Positions 26,861 to 38,525 of a DNA stretch of 39,795 nt are shown one piece after another. The notes beneath the pieces were generated by a model that had not been told where the DNA came from, searched no databases, and saw nothing but the letters and a program-made list of their open reading frames with translations. The stretch spans positions 1-39,795 of IMG/VR virus record IMGVR_UViG_3300048577_000101; one strand, 5' to 3'. The stretch's first letter is position 1. Each line of letters opens with the position of its first letter. Origin of the DNA: a virus (Duplodnaviria; Caudoviricetes). Both the position numbers and the translations under genes were made by a program.

Positions 26861-27411
26861 TGGCGAAGTTCACGCGGACGCGCGTTGCCGTCGAGGGTCT
26901 GAGCGACCTGAAGGATGCGCTCGATGAATTCTCCAAGGCGACCTCGGGCAATATCCTCAAACGGGCCGTCAGCACTGCCGGGGCCTTCATTGCCGAGGAG
27001 GCGATCAAGATCGCGCCAAAGGATACCGGAAAGCTGAAGCGCGAAATCCAGGTCGGCAAGGCCAAGATCATCACGCCGGGCAAGGCAGCGTTCGCGCAGG
27101 CGATGGCGGAGGGCGGCACGAGGGCGGAGGCGGCAGCTGCTGCGCGCAACGCGAACAGATCGGCTGGCGGGACCGGGCGATCTGCGGTCACGCAGGTGGG
27201 CCCGACCAAGCGCGCCGGCCAGGGCATCCTGCAGGAATTCGGGACGTCTCATCACGCCCCGCAGCCGTTCATGCGCCCGACCTGGGACACGCACGGGCCG
27301 GCCACCATCGACGTCATGAAGGATGCGCTGGTCGAGGAGCTGGACAAGGCCACCAAGCGCGCGGCGAAGCGCGCAGCAAAACTCGCCGCCGAGATCGCGG
27401 CAGGAAAGTAA
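26860..27411 (+). CDS. HK97 gp10 family neck/tail protein
   Basis: VEGLSDL...APKDTGKLK...QEFGTSHHAPQPFMRP. Confidence 0.9.
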   Translation: MAKFTRTRVAVEGLSDLKDALDEFSKATSGNILKRAVSTAGAFIAEEAIKIAPKDTGKLKREIQVGKAKIITPGKAAFAQAMAEGGTRAEAAAAARNANRSAGGTGRSAVTQVGPTKRAGQGILQEFGTSHHAPQPFMRPTWDTHGPATIDVMKDALVEELDKATKRAAKRAAKLAAEIAAGK

Positions 27412-27480
27412 TTCGAGTTCCCCAATCCCGCCGGGGCATGTCGCGGGTCACATTTCTGACACCTGAAACGGAGCATCCCG

Positions 27481-27915
27481 ATGGCCACTTCGGCTCGCAT
27501 TGGCTACCAGACGCTGTTCAAATCCGGTAACGGCGCGTCGCCGGAAGTGTTCACGACCTTGGCGGAGGTGACCGGCATCACGCCGCCGGCCATGTCGCGC
27601 GACACGGTCGATGCGACGCACGAGGAGAGCCCCGATGCTTGGCGGGAATTCATCGCCGGCCTGAAGGATGGCGGCGAGGTCTCGCTCGAACTGAATTTCG
27701 TTCCCGGTGGACCGGCCGCAGCCGCGCTCATGGCCGAGATGAACCTCGACGGTCCGTTGGCGAAGATCAACCGGCAGGTGATATTTCCTGACGGATCCTA
27801 CTTCGCGTTTGCCGGCATCCTGACCGGGTTCGAGCCGGACGCGCCGATCGACGACAAGATGGCGGCTTCGGCCACCTTCAAGGTCTCGGGCAAGCCGACG
27901 CTGGTGCAGGTGTAA
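27481..27915 (+). CDS. Major tail tube protein
   Basis: DTVDATHEESPDAWREFIAGLKDGGEVS...ATFKVSGKP. Confidence 0.92.
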   Translation: MATSARIGYQTLFKSGNGASPEVFTTLAEVTGITPPAMSRDTVDATHEESPDAWREFIAGLKDGGEVSLELNFVPGGPAAAALMAEMNLDGPLAKINRQVIFPDGSYFAFAGILTGFEPDAPIDDKMAASATFKVSGKPTLVQV

Positions 27916-27918
27916 CGC

Positions 27919-28299
27919 ATGGCGAATCCGCACAAGGGCGACGTCGATCTGAAAGCTGGGGATGAGGTCTATGTCCTCCGCTATTCGATCGATGCCATTT
28001 GCTCGCTCGAGGATGAACTCGACCAGGGCTTCCCGGCGATCGCGGTCGACCTGAGCAATCCGGGCAAGGTTCGGCTGTCGACTATCCGTCATGTGCTGCT
28101 GGCGGGTCTTCGGGAGCATCATCCCGACGTCACGCTCAAGCAGGCTGGCGAATTGATCGTCGCGGCCGGCGGCGCGGTCCAGGTGCTCGGAAGGATCGCC
28201 GAGGCGTTCGCGCTGGCGTTTCCGGAGACGGAGGCGAGCGGCAAGAAATCCCCTCGGCAGAGGGCGAACGGTCGTCATCCGACTGGCTCGCCCTCCTAG
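27919..28299 (+). CDS. Tail assembly chaperone G (GTA-gp10-like)
   Basis: MANPHKGDV...LRYSIDAICSLE; located between tail tube and tape measure genes. Confidence 0.85.
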   Translation: MANPHKGDVDLKAGDEVYVLRYSIDAICSLEDELDQGFPAIAVDLSNPGKVRLSTIRHVLLAGLREHHPDVTLKQAGELIVAAGGAVQVLGRIAEAFALAFPETEASGKKSPRQRANGRHPTGSPS

Positions 28300-28589
28300 A
28301 CGACTGGCTGGCTGCCGGCCTCAAGGAAGATGATTTCTGGCCGTGCACGCCTCGGCAGTTCGCAAGACAGCTTGTCGGCAAGACAGCCGAGATTACCCGT
28401 CAGCACAACGATCGCGCATGGAGCGCATGGCACGGGGCGTCGTGGTCGCGATCGAAAAAGCTGCCTCCGCTCCGTCGCGCACTCGCCCGTGATCCATCTC
28501 ACAAGCCGCAGACCCCGCAGCAGATGCTAGCCATCGCCAAACAATGGACCTTGCTGCTCGGCGGCGAGGTGAAGGGAAAGCCGAACTGA
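28251..28589 (+). CDS. Tail assembly chaperone T part (-1 frameshift extension)
   Basis: Start-less -1 frame DWLALLDDWLAAGLKEDDFWPCTPRQF...GKPN*, ending just before the TMP ATG. Confidence 0.8.
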   Translation, partial: PSAEGERSSSDWLALLDDWLAAGLKEDDFWPCTPRQFARQLVGKTAEITRQHNDRAWSAWHGASWSRSKKLPPLRRALARDPSHKPQTPQQMLAIAKQWTLLLGGEVKGKPN

Positions 28590-28590
28590 C

Positions 28591-30579
28591 ATGGCCGGTG
28601 GAGCGGTAATTGGCGCACTGAGGGTCGTGTTGGGCGCAGACACGGCCGCGCTCGATAAGGGACTGAAGGATTCGCAGTCGAACCTCGCGGCGTTCGGCGC
28701 GTCGGTTGCAACCGGCGTCGCTGCGGCTGCTGCGGCGGTTGCGGCTGCGGCCGTGGCGATCGGCATCGCCATGCAGCGCACGATCGACGACATGGACAAG
28801 CTCTCCAAGTCGTCGGCGAAGCTCGGCATTCCGGTCGAGCAGCTTTCGGCGCTGGCCTATGCGGCCGATCTCTCGGACGTGTCCTTCGAAAGCCTAAGCA
28901 AGGGCGTCGCGAAGCTTTCGAAGAACATGGTCGAGGCCGCGGCCAAGCCGACATCGGAAGCCGCGAACGCGTTCAAGGCGCTCGGGGTGTCCGTCAAGGA
29001 CAGCGACGGAAAGCTGAAGTCGTCGCAGGAGGTGATGGGCGAGGTCGCCGACAAGTTCGCGGGCCTCAAGGACGGCGCCGGAAAGACGGCCGTGTCCATC
29101 GCGCTGTTCGGCCGCGCTGGCGCCGATCTGATTCCGATGCTCAATGACGGCAAGGACGGCCTCAAGTCGATGTCGGATGAGGCCCAGCAATGGGGCATCA
29201 TTTTCGACGCCAAGACAGGCAAGGCCGCGGAAGCCTTCAACGACAACCTGACCCGGCTCGGCTATGCATGGAAGGGTATTATCGTCCAGTCCGTCTCGCA
29301 GGTGTTGCCGACGCTGGTCGAGGTCTCCAACCAGCTCGTCGAGACTGCGAAGAATTCCGGCATCCTGCAGGTTGGCATCAACGTCGTCTCCACGGCGATG
29401 AAGGGGCTAGTATCGGCTGGCGTCATCGTCGGTGCCGTGTTCAAGACGCTGGCGGAATATGTGGCGACGGTATCGACGTCGCTTTCTCTATTGCTCCAAG
29501 GTCAATTCGCAAAGGCGTGGAGCACAATTCAAGCCGGCGTGTCGGGTGTAGGCGAGACAGCCATCGCCACCTTCGGCACGATCGATAAGCTCTGGAAGGG
29601 TCAGCAGGCGGGTGCCGAGGCGGGCACGGCGGCAACTGACCAGGCGACGAAGGCGCAAAAGGAATTCAACTTCGCGGCACTGGGCGGCAAGAACGCGGTC
29701 GACCAGTTCATCGATAGCCAGAACAAGTCGCTGGTTTCGCGGCAGGCCGAGATCGCGACCTTCGGCCTTCTCGCCGGCCAGAAGGAAGCAATGACCCTGC
29801 AACTGCAGGCGGAAACGATCGCCAAGCAGAACAACATGGCGATCACGGCGCAGCAGCAACTGCAACTCGACGCGCTGAAGCAGAAAACCGCCGATTACGC
29901 ATTGACGCTTGCCGGCCTGCAGATGACGCAGGCGAACCTCTCTCCGGCTCAACTGTTCCAGCAGGAACAGGCCAAGATTCAGGCGCTGTTCGATGCCGGC
30001 AAGATCAGTGCAGAGACCTACGGCAATGCCATGCAGCGCGTTGCTGAGCAGGCCAACGCGACCTGGGCGCAGGCCGGCGAGTCGATGGCTGGCAGCTTCG
30101 CCCAGATCGCCGGGTCGTTCTCCAAGGAAAGCAAGGGCATGGCGATGGCTGCGAAAATCTTCGGCGCCATCCAGGCGACGATATCGATGTTTACCGGCGG
30201 CGCGAAGGCGCTGGAGTTGCCGTTCCCAGCCAACCTCGCCGCGATGGCCGCTGTGCTTGCCAAGGGTGCCTCGCTGGTGGCGAGCATCAAAGGGCAAAGC
30301 GTCCCCAATGGTTTCAAGGATGGTCTCTCGATGACGGTCCCGGGCGGCGTCGGTGGCGGCGATACACGCCTGTTCCAAGCTCGCGTGGAGCCCGGCGAGC
30401 AGATCGACATCACGCCGAACCGCGGCGGTAACGCAGGGCAGAATAACCGGAACTCGGCACCCAGCATCTTCAACATCAGCGTCGGCGCGGCGTCAGCGCA
30501 TGAATTCCTTCGCAAGTTGATCGACGACCTCAATGGCATGACGTCCGACGGCTATCGCTTGAATGTGGTGCCCGCCTGA
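28591..30579 (+). CDS. Tape measure protein (662 aa)
   Basis: IGALRVVLGADT, Ala-rich helical, ALFGRAGADLIPMLN. Confidence 0.93.
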   Translation: MAGGAVIGALRVVLGADTAALDKGLKDSQSNLAAFGASVATGVAAAAAAVAAAAVAIGIAMQRTIDDMDKLSKSSAKLGIPVEQLSALAYAADLSDVSFESLSKGVAKLSKNMVEAAAKPTSEAANAFKALGVSVKDSDGKLKSSQEVMGEVADKFAGLKDGAGKTAVSIALFGRAGADLIPMLNDGKDGLKSMSDEAQQWGIIFDAKTGKAAEAFNDNLTRLGYAWKGIIVQSVSQVLPTLVEVSNQLVETAKNSGILQVGINVVSTAMKGLVSAGVIVGAVFKTLAEYVATVSTSLSLLLQGQFAKAWSTIQAGVSGVGETAIATFGTIDKLWKGQQAGAEAGTAATDQATKAQKEFNFAALGGKNAVDQFIDSQNKSLVSRQAEIATFGLLAGQKEAMTLQLQAETIAKQNNMAITAQQQLQLDALKQKTADYALTLAGLQMTQANLSPAQLFQQEQAKIQALFDAGKISAETYGNAMQRVAEQANATWAQAGESMAGSFAQIAGSFSKESKGMAMAAKIFGAIQATISMFTGGAKALELPFPANLAAMAAVLAKGASLVASIKGQSVPNGFKDGLSMTVPGGVGGGDTRLFQARVEPGEQIDITPNRGGNAGQNNRNSAPSIFNISVGAASAHEFLRKLIDDLNGMTSDGYRLNVVPA

Positions 30580-31399
30580 TGCCGATCATCCGCTCGGATA
30601 CCTTCGTCCTCACGGACTCCACGCCGGAGTTTCCGGTCACGGCCGATCATCCCGTGATCGGCATGCATAACCTCGTCACGGCAACCTCGATCGTGGCGAG
30701 CGATGAGGACCCGCTGTGGCCGGCGTCAAATCTCGGCAATCCCTCGACCTGGCTGGAATGGCGCGGGGAGAGTGACGGTACGGTCTACCTGACCGTGACG
30801 ACGGACTATGTCGATGAAATCGACTACATCGCGGTGGCCAAGCACAATTGGGGCTCGGAGCAAATCCCGGTCACGATCGAGGGCTATATCGATGGCGACT
30901 GGGAGGAACTGCTCGGGGAGCGGCTGCTTGCCAACGACAGCCCGGTCATGTTCCGCTTCACGGCACAGTCGCTGTCGCAGATCAGGATCAAGCTGGAAGT
31001 CGCGGATGAGGATCATCTGCCGCGCGCCGCCGTGGTCTATTGCGGCAAGCTGCTGACGCTGCCGCGGAAGATCTATGTCGAACACACGCCGCTGCCCTAC
31101 GGCCGCAAAACCGAAATCCAGAACGGCAGGAGCGAAAGCGGCAACTTCCTCGGGCGCGTGATGATCGGTGCGTGGCGTGAGTCCGTCATCCCGCTGTCGC
31201 TGATGCCGCCGGCCTGGCATCGTCAGTACGGCGACGCCTTCATTGAACAGGCGGCGACGCTGCCGTTCTTCTTCGCGTGGCGGCCGGAAACCTATCCGGA
31301 CGAAGTCGGTTTCTGCTGGCTCACGGAAGACCCCATGCCGAAGCCCGTCAGTCCCGCCAATCTCGATGCCTATGACCTGAAGGTGAGCGGCGTCGTCTG

Positions 31400-31400
<1 letters not shown>
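30579..31400 (+). CDS. Distal tail / baseplate protein
   Basis: Follows TMP; PFFFAWRP motif. Confidence 0.65.
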
Positions 31401-33745
<2,345 letters not shown>

Positions 33746-33760
33746 TCGGGAATATCTCTC

Positions 33761-34354
33761 ATGACCTTGGCGCGATACGATCTGACTGCACAGGACAATG
33801 CCGGCAACGTCGTGGCGGGGGCCTCCGTCGAGGTGCGCCGCGAAATTCCGGGCGCGCCCCTGGCCTCGATCTACAGCGACCGCGCGGGCACGACGCCGAT
33901 GGCCAATCCGACGACGACGGATTCGAACGGCGGGGCGGGATGGTTCTGTGTCGGTGGTTACTACAAGATCACGGTCACCAACGGGATGGATGCCAGTCCG
34001 CCCCGGCGCTATGTCGGCATCGGCCTTGCACAAGGGACCGACGCACCCGCGGAGGGTCTGGTGCAGCGGCTGGTGACCGCGGCCGGCGACGTCACCGTCA
34101 CCAACGATGATGCGGATATCATCGTCATCAAGAAAGCATCAGGCGCGGCGACAGGCGTTCTGTTGCCGGACCCTGCGACCACCACGAAGCCCGTCCGCAT
34201 CGTCGACGGCAAGTACGACGCCGCGACCAACAACATCACCATCACCTCGGACGGCACGTCGAAAAAGATCATGGGCGGCACGTCCTACGTGATCGATTCC
34301 AACGGCGGTTCGATCAAGCTGACGCCACTGGAAGACGGCTCGGGCTGGATCTAG
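33761..34354 (+). CDS. Tail fibre-associated protein
   Basis: QDNAGNVVAGASVEVR...LASIYSD..G..PMANP.TTDSNG fibre-anchor-like N-terminus. Confidence 0.7.
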   Translation: MTLARYDLTAQDNAGNVVAGASVEVRREIPGAPLASIYSDRAGTTPMANPTTTDSNGGAGWFCVGGYYKITVTNGMDASPPRRYVGIGLAQGTDAPAEGLVQRLVTAAGDVTVTNDDADIIVIKKASGAATGVLLPDPATTTKPVRIVDGKYDAATNNITITSDGTSKKIMGGTSYVIDSNGGSIKLTPLEDGSGWI

Positions 34355-34382
34355 CTCACTCTACATCAGGGGAAACTTCACG

Positions 34383-35285
34383 ATGAAACTGCTTTGCAGA
34401 ATGCTGGCGCTTGTGCTCGCGCTGATGGTTTCGCCAGTGCTGGCGCAGACCAGCCCCGGGACGTCGCCGCTGTCGGTCCCGAAGGGCGGCACCGGCGCAG
34501 CCAGCCTGACCGACCACGGATTTATCCTTGGGCATGGAGCGGGTCCGTTCACGTCGCTGCTGTGTGGCGCGGCGCAACTGGCGGTCGGTCAATCGGCCGC
34601 AAACCCGATCTGCCAGACGATCTCTGGCGACGTCACCATCAATGCCAGCGGGGTGACGGCGATTGGTTCCGGCGTCGTCTCGATGGCGAAGATCGCGACC
34701 GGCACGCAAGATACGGTGATCGGATATTGGGGCAGCACGACCGCATCAGCGATCGCCGTCAACAATTGCAGCAACGCGCTGACCTATAGCACCAGCACCC
34801 ATACCTTCGGCTGCAACACGACGGCCGGAACGGGAACGGTCACCAGCGTTGCGACCGCTGGGCTGGCGACCGGCGGTCCGATAACAGCGAGCGGCACTGT
34901 AACCGTGACCGATGCGACGCAGTCGGACATGGAGACTGGATCGTCCACGACTACCGCTGTGGTGCCGGGTCGGCAACAACATCATAAGAGCGCGGCAAAG
35001 GTGTTCGTCTCGATCTCTTCCTGCTCGTCGTCGCCATGCACCATTCTGTCGAGTTACAACGTGAACTCGGTCACGCGATCGACGACGGGGACCTACGCGG
35101 TCAACTTCACTACGGCATTCTCGACGAATACCTATGCATGCGTCTCCGTGCTCACGACATCCGGCCTGTCGGTCCGGCCTGACGGCAGCACCAAGGCGAC
35201 AGGCTCAATTGGGGTGGTGGCGAGCAATACCTCGTTCTCGCTGGCAGATGCCGGGTTCGATCTAGTCTGCTTTGGTGACCAGTGA
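34383..35285 (+). CDS. Tail-fibre-like protein carrying a Sec signal peptide
   Basis: MKLLCRMLALVLALMVSPVLA-Q; LSVPKGGTGA; YNVNSVTRSTTGTYAVNFTTAF tip motif. Confidence 0.7.
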   Translation: MKLLCRMLALVLALMVSPVLAQTSPGTSPLSVPKGGTGAASLTDHGFILGHGAGPFTSLLCGAAQLAVGQSAANPICQTISGDVTINASGVTAIGSGVVSMAKIATGTQDTVIGYWGSTTASAIAVNNCSNALTYSTSTHTFGCNTTAGTGTVTSVATAGLATGGPITASGTVTVTDATQSDMETGSSTTTAVVPGRQQHHKSAAKVFVSISSCSSSPCTILSSYNVNSVTRSTTGTYAVNFTTAFSTNTYACVSVLTTSGLSVRPDGSTKATGSIGVVASNTSFSLADAGFDLVCFGDQ

Positions 35286-35444
35286 GCTTGCGAGATCTTT
35301 GGCTTCAGCCTTCGCGATCACCTTCGTCAGCGCCTCGAACGCCGCGCCTCGAAACGCGGTCCGGTCGTCGCCTTCATACTCGATGGCGCGCTTCGCGATC
35401 CTGCAGGCGCGCAGGAAGTCCTGTTCGAGTTCGGAGAGTGCCAC
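35262..35444 (-). CDS. Small 60-aa antisense-oriented protein
   Basis: AAGGAG RBS 7 nt before GTG; amphipathic helical sequence. Confidence 0.65.
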   Translation of the reverse strand: MALSELEQDFLRACRIAKRAIEYEGDDRTAFRGAAFEALTKVIAKAEAKDLASSLVTKAD

Positions 35445-35727
35445 TGCTGTGCTCCTTGGAGCGGCCCGGCAGGACTGGTGCCGGGTGGTTGAAATTCAGC
35501 AGCAGTGGTTGCTGACCCCCAGTATTACCGCCACGCCGGGAGCGACCCGGCATGTTGCTGGTTGGGCCGCGGCTATTCCTGGGGCCACCCGGCATAGCCG
35601 GTTTAACCACTGCTGCCTTCGTCCGCACCAACGAATTTTCACGTCCGTCGATGCGTTTCCAAGCCTATCTGCTCAACCTCGTGGCGTAAAGCCGGGTTCC
35701 CTCAATTTGAGGCCAGCGTCCCGGCTT
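35441..35727. promoter_or_regulatory. Structured leader with mutually exclusive pairings
   Basis: 35499-35510 pairs with 35605-35616 (12 bp) or with 35441-35449 (9 bp); several inner hairpins. Confidence 0.5.
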
Positions 35728-35766
35728 CCTGAGTCCCACCAACAGCTTGCATTGTGGAGAACTGAA

Positions 35767-36420
35767 ATGGCGTGGCGCCTCGCCCGCGCGCTCGAAACGT
35801 TGCGCGCCCAAGTCAACCTGAGATTTCCGGCCCGGAGCAAACAGAGCGACGGCTCGATCGGGAACGCGGAGCATTCTTCGCGCGAGTCCGATCACAACCC
35901 GAACGGGGCAGGGGTCGTCTGTGCAATCGACATCACGCACGATCCGGAAGGCGGCGTGGATAGCTACGCATTGGCCGAGACCCTGCTGAAGAACCAGGAC
36001 CCGCGGCTAGCCTATGTGATCTCCAATCGGCGCATCGGGTCAGGCCCTGCGGGGCCGTCCCCCGGCGTCTGGCGGGCCTACAGCGGCAAGAACCCGCACG
36101 ATCACCACTGCCACGTCTCGGTGCGTCAGGACGCCTCCAAATACGACAACGCGCAGACGTGGGACATCGACGGCATCGCAGCTCCCGCACCTGATGCGGT
36201 CGCCTCCTACGTCGCGCCGCCCCCGACGCTCCGCAAGGGCGACAAGGGCAACCAGGTCCAGACCATGCAGGGCCGCCTCAACGCCCATGGCGACAACATC
36301 AAGGTCGATGGCGACTTCGGTCCGATGACGATGAACGCGCTGATCCTGTTCCAGAAGCGGATGGGCCTCGTCACGGATGGAATCTGCGGCCCGGCCTCGT
36401 GGTCGGCGCTCTTGAAGTAA
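35767..36420 (+). CDS. Endolysin: Zn peptidase (M15-like) plus PG_binding_1 domain
   Basis: SDHNP...AIDI...HDHHCHVSV; LRKGDKG..V..MQ..L...VDGDFGPMT..FQ...GL..DGICGP. Confidence 0.85.
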   Translation: MAWRLARALETLRAQVNLRFPARSKQSDGSIGNAEHSSRESDHNPNGAGVVCAIDITHDPEGGVDSYALAETLLKNQDPRLAYVISNRRIGSGPAGPSPGVWRAYSGKNPHDHHCHVSVRQDASKYDNAQTWDIDGIAAPAPDAVASYVAPPPTLRKGDKGNQVQTMQGRLNAHGDNIKVDGDFGPMTMNALILFQKRMGLVTDGICGPASWSALLK

Positions 36421-36462
36421 TCCGCCGCGCGACGGCATCGCGCATCCAGAAGGAAAATCGAA

Positions 36463-36762
36463 ATGAACAGCCAATCGTTCCAGCAGTACGTCCGCATCTT
36501 CCTCTACTACGCCTTCGGCGCGCTCGCGACCTATGGCGTGACCGTCCCTGACAACACCAAGGCGCTCGTGGTCTCGATCGTCGGCGTCGCCGCGAACTTC
36601 CTCTGGACCCTGTGGGGCACGCGCCTGAATGGGCTGCTCGAGCAGATCAAGGCGAAGTCCGGCGTCGAGGCGATCGAGGTCAAGGTCGATCCCGAGATCA
36701 TCCAGCCGGCGACGATCGTTGCCGGCACGTCGTCGGGCATCACGGCCAAGCCCGCGTCCTGA
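36463..36762 (+). CDS. Putative holin
   Basis: Two hydrophobic segments, immediately after endolysin, AAGGA RBS. Confidence 0.65.
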   Translation: MNSQSFQQYVRIFLYYAFGALATYGVTVPDNTKALVVSIVGVAANFLWTLWGTRLNGLLEQIKAKSGVEAIEVKVDPEIIQPATIVAGTSSGITAKPAS

Positions 36763-36766
36763 TCCC

Positions 36767-36991
36767 ATGGACTGGATCAAGCTGGCGGTCCTCCTCCTCC
36801 AGTTGGCGAACAAGATCGTCAACTGGGCGCACGATCAAGGCAAGATCGATGAGGGCCGCCAGCAGGCCATCGGAGAGATGGCACTTGCCATCGCAGCCCG
36901 GGTTCGCTCCCGCGACCAGATCATGGAGCAGGTCAATGCGATGTCTGATTCCGATGTCGATGACGGCTTGCGCGGCCTTGAGCCTCGCTAG
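36767..36991 (+). CDS. Putative i-spanin (Rz-like)
   Basis: N-terminal hydrophobic anchor plus helical domain; overlapped by lipoprotein gene. Confidence 0.65.
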   Translation: MDWIKLAVLLLQLANKIVNWAHDQGKIDEGRQQAIGEMALAIAARVRSRDQIMEQVNAMSDSDVDDGLRGLEPR

Positions 36992-37166
36992 CTGCGTCAA
37001 GCCGCAGGTGCCGGTCGATTCCTACTGCCAGGTCTACACGCCCGTCGTGCAGGCCAAGGGCGAGGGAACGATCACGGCGACATCGATTGTGAAGAAACGG
37101 ATTCTTGCGAATGAGTTGACGTATCGCGAGCAATGCAAGCCCGCGGGAAAGACTGATGAGCGATGA
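36936..37166 (+). CDS. Putative o-spanin lipoprotein (Rz1-like)
   Basis: MRCLIPMSMTACAALSLASC lipobox in +1 overlap; DSYC...YREQC. Confidence 0.7.
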   Translation: MRCLIPMSMTACAALSLASCVKPQVPVDSYCQVYTPVVQAKGEGTITATSIVKKRILANELTYREQCKPAGKTDER

Positions 37167-37521
37167 ATCGACCCAGACAGCGCTTCGTGAAATGGCGGGG
37201 CAGATCGGCGCGCTGACGGCAACCGTCAAAACGCTGACCGACAACTGGCGCACCCAGGATGAAAAGGCATCGACCGGCCGCGCCGTGATGCACGAGAAGA
37301 TCGACGCGCTCCGCGGCGAAATCCACGAGTACAAGGGCAAGCTCGAAAAGGTGATCGAGAAGGTTGCCGGCATGGAGCCGACGATCGCCAAGATCAACAT
37401 GGCCGAGCAACGCGCCATCGGTGTGTTCTGGGTTTCCCGCGTGCTCTACGCCATCGGCATCGCGATGACGGCCGGCACGACCTACGTGCTCGCGAACTGG
37501 ATCAAGATTTCCATCAAATAG
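37156..37521 (+). CDS. Coiled-coil protein with C-terminal membrane anchor
   Basis: Heptad pattern and TM helix; in lysis region. Confidence 0.7.
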   Translation: MSDESTQTALREMAGQIGALTATVKTLTDNWRTQDEKASTGRAVMHEKIDALRGEIHEYKGKLEKVIEKVAGMEPTIAKINMAEQRAIGVFWVSRVLYAIGIAMTAGTTYVLANWIKISIK

Positions 37522-37528
37522 GCGACCG

Positions 37529-37696
37529 ATGTTCACCCTCATCATCCTGCTGATCGCAGGCATCCTCACCATGCCCGGCGTGCTCCTGATGGTCTTTGCC
37601 AAGTCCGGAGAGCAGGAAACCGTTGCCGGGGTGATCCTGATGGTGGCCGCGCTGGGGTGGATGGTTGGCGGGTTCTGCTGGAGCATTGGACTATGA
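37529..37696 (+). CDS. Small two-TM membrane protein (55 aa)
   Basis: MFTLIILLIAGILTMPGVLLMVF...; ATGA-coupled to next gene. Confidence 0.6.
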   Translation: MFTLIILLIAGILTMPGVLLMVFAKSGEQETVAGVILMVAALGWMVGGFCWSIGL

Positions 37697-38133
37697 CGGA
37701 AGCAAAGAAAGTCGCCATCGTCGTGGTGGCGCTGATGTTGGTCGCTGCACTCGCTTGCGTATTCGAGTATCTGCAGCATCGCATCAACAAGTGGCTCACG
37801 CTGATCATCGTCTCGGTGATCCTGCTGCTGATGGCGCTCTCGATCCATCAAGTCCGCGCGCACGATCACGCCCGCCCCGAACTCAACGACTGGCTGAAAT
37901 CCCTCCGCAGCAAGAACAATACTTGGTGCTGCGACGGCCGCGATCATGATCCGATCGACGACTGGGAGGCAAAGGACAACCGCTACCGGGTCAAGTTTCG
38001 AGGCCAGTGGTACGACGTCCCTGAAACAGCGATCGTCGATGGTCCGAACAAAGCAGGCGACGCCATGCTCTGGATGAACAAGGGCTATCTCGGGGTTTCG
38101 GTGCGCTGCTTCGTGCCGGGGGCGTTGACGTAG
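37693..38133 (+). CDS. Membrane-anchored exported protein with CC...RCF.PG motif
   Basis: Two TM helices, then W.KSLRS..WCCDG...W..VP..A...PN..G...RCFVPG. Confidence 0.7.
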   Translation: MTEAKKVAIVVVALMLVAALACVFEYLQHRINKWLTLIIVSVILLLMALSIHQVRAHDHARPELNDWLKSLRSKNNTWCCDGRDHDPIDDWEAKDNRYRVKFRGQWYDVPETAIVDGPNKAGDAMLWMNKGYLGVSVRCFVPGALT

Positions 38134-38145
38134 GAGGATTTTGTA

Positions 38146-38322
38146 ATGGCATCTGCAAACATCAATGCGGCTGATCTGGCGCACCGTATCACTCTGCGGG
38201 TCTCCGGCTTGCGGCTGATGGAATTCCGCATGCGCGTTGCGGCTCGAATTTTCCGTATCGGGGCATGGGTCGCGGGCGTCGGCATCGTGATCGAACGGTC
38301 GGGTTCGGACGTGACGCCATGA
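38146..38322 (+). CDS. Hypothetical protein (58 aa, MASANINAADL...)
   Basis: GGAGG RBS; hand-translated. Confidence 0.6.
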   Translation: MASANINAADLAHRITLRVSGLRLMEFRMRVAARIFRIGAWVAGVGIVIERSGSDVTP

Positions 38323-38525
38323 TGCTCAACCCGCTTTGGCTCGCTCTCGCCCTGCTGATCCTGCTGCTGGTCGCAGTCCATCGCACGGATGAGTTGGACG
38401 TCGCCCAGGGTCTTCGCGACGGCAATGACGGTTACGGCTCCAACCGCGGCTGGCACTGGCCTTGGACGCCGATCATTCAGGTTTGCTTCCTCGGGATACT
38501 CGCCTGCATCGCGGGGAGTCTCTGA
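38319..38525 (+). CDS. Small membrane protein
   Basis: Two hydrophobic segments; coupled overlaps. Confidence 0.55.
   Translation: MMLNPLWLALALLILLLVAVHRTDELDVAQGLRDGNDGYGSNRGWHWPWTPIIQVCFLGILACIAGSL

Noticed and set aside
17883-30579. Gene transfer agent cluster
   Set aside because: Linked immunity, replication, cos-type packaging and lysis modules indicate a true prophage
34383-35760. Diversity-generating retroelement or invertible tail-fibre cassette
   Set aside because: No reverse transcriptase, invertase or TR/VR pair seen in the window
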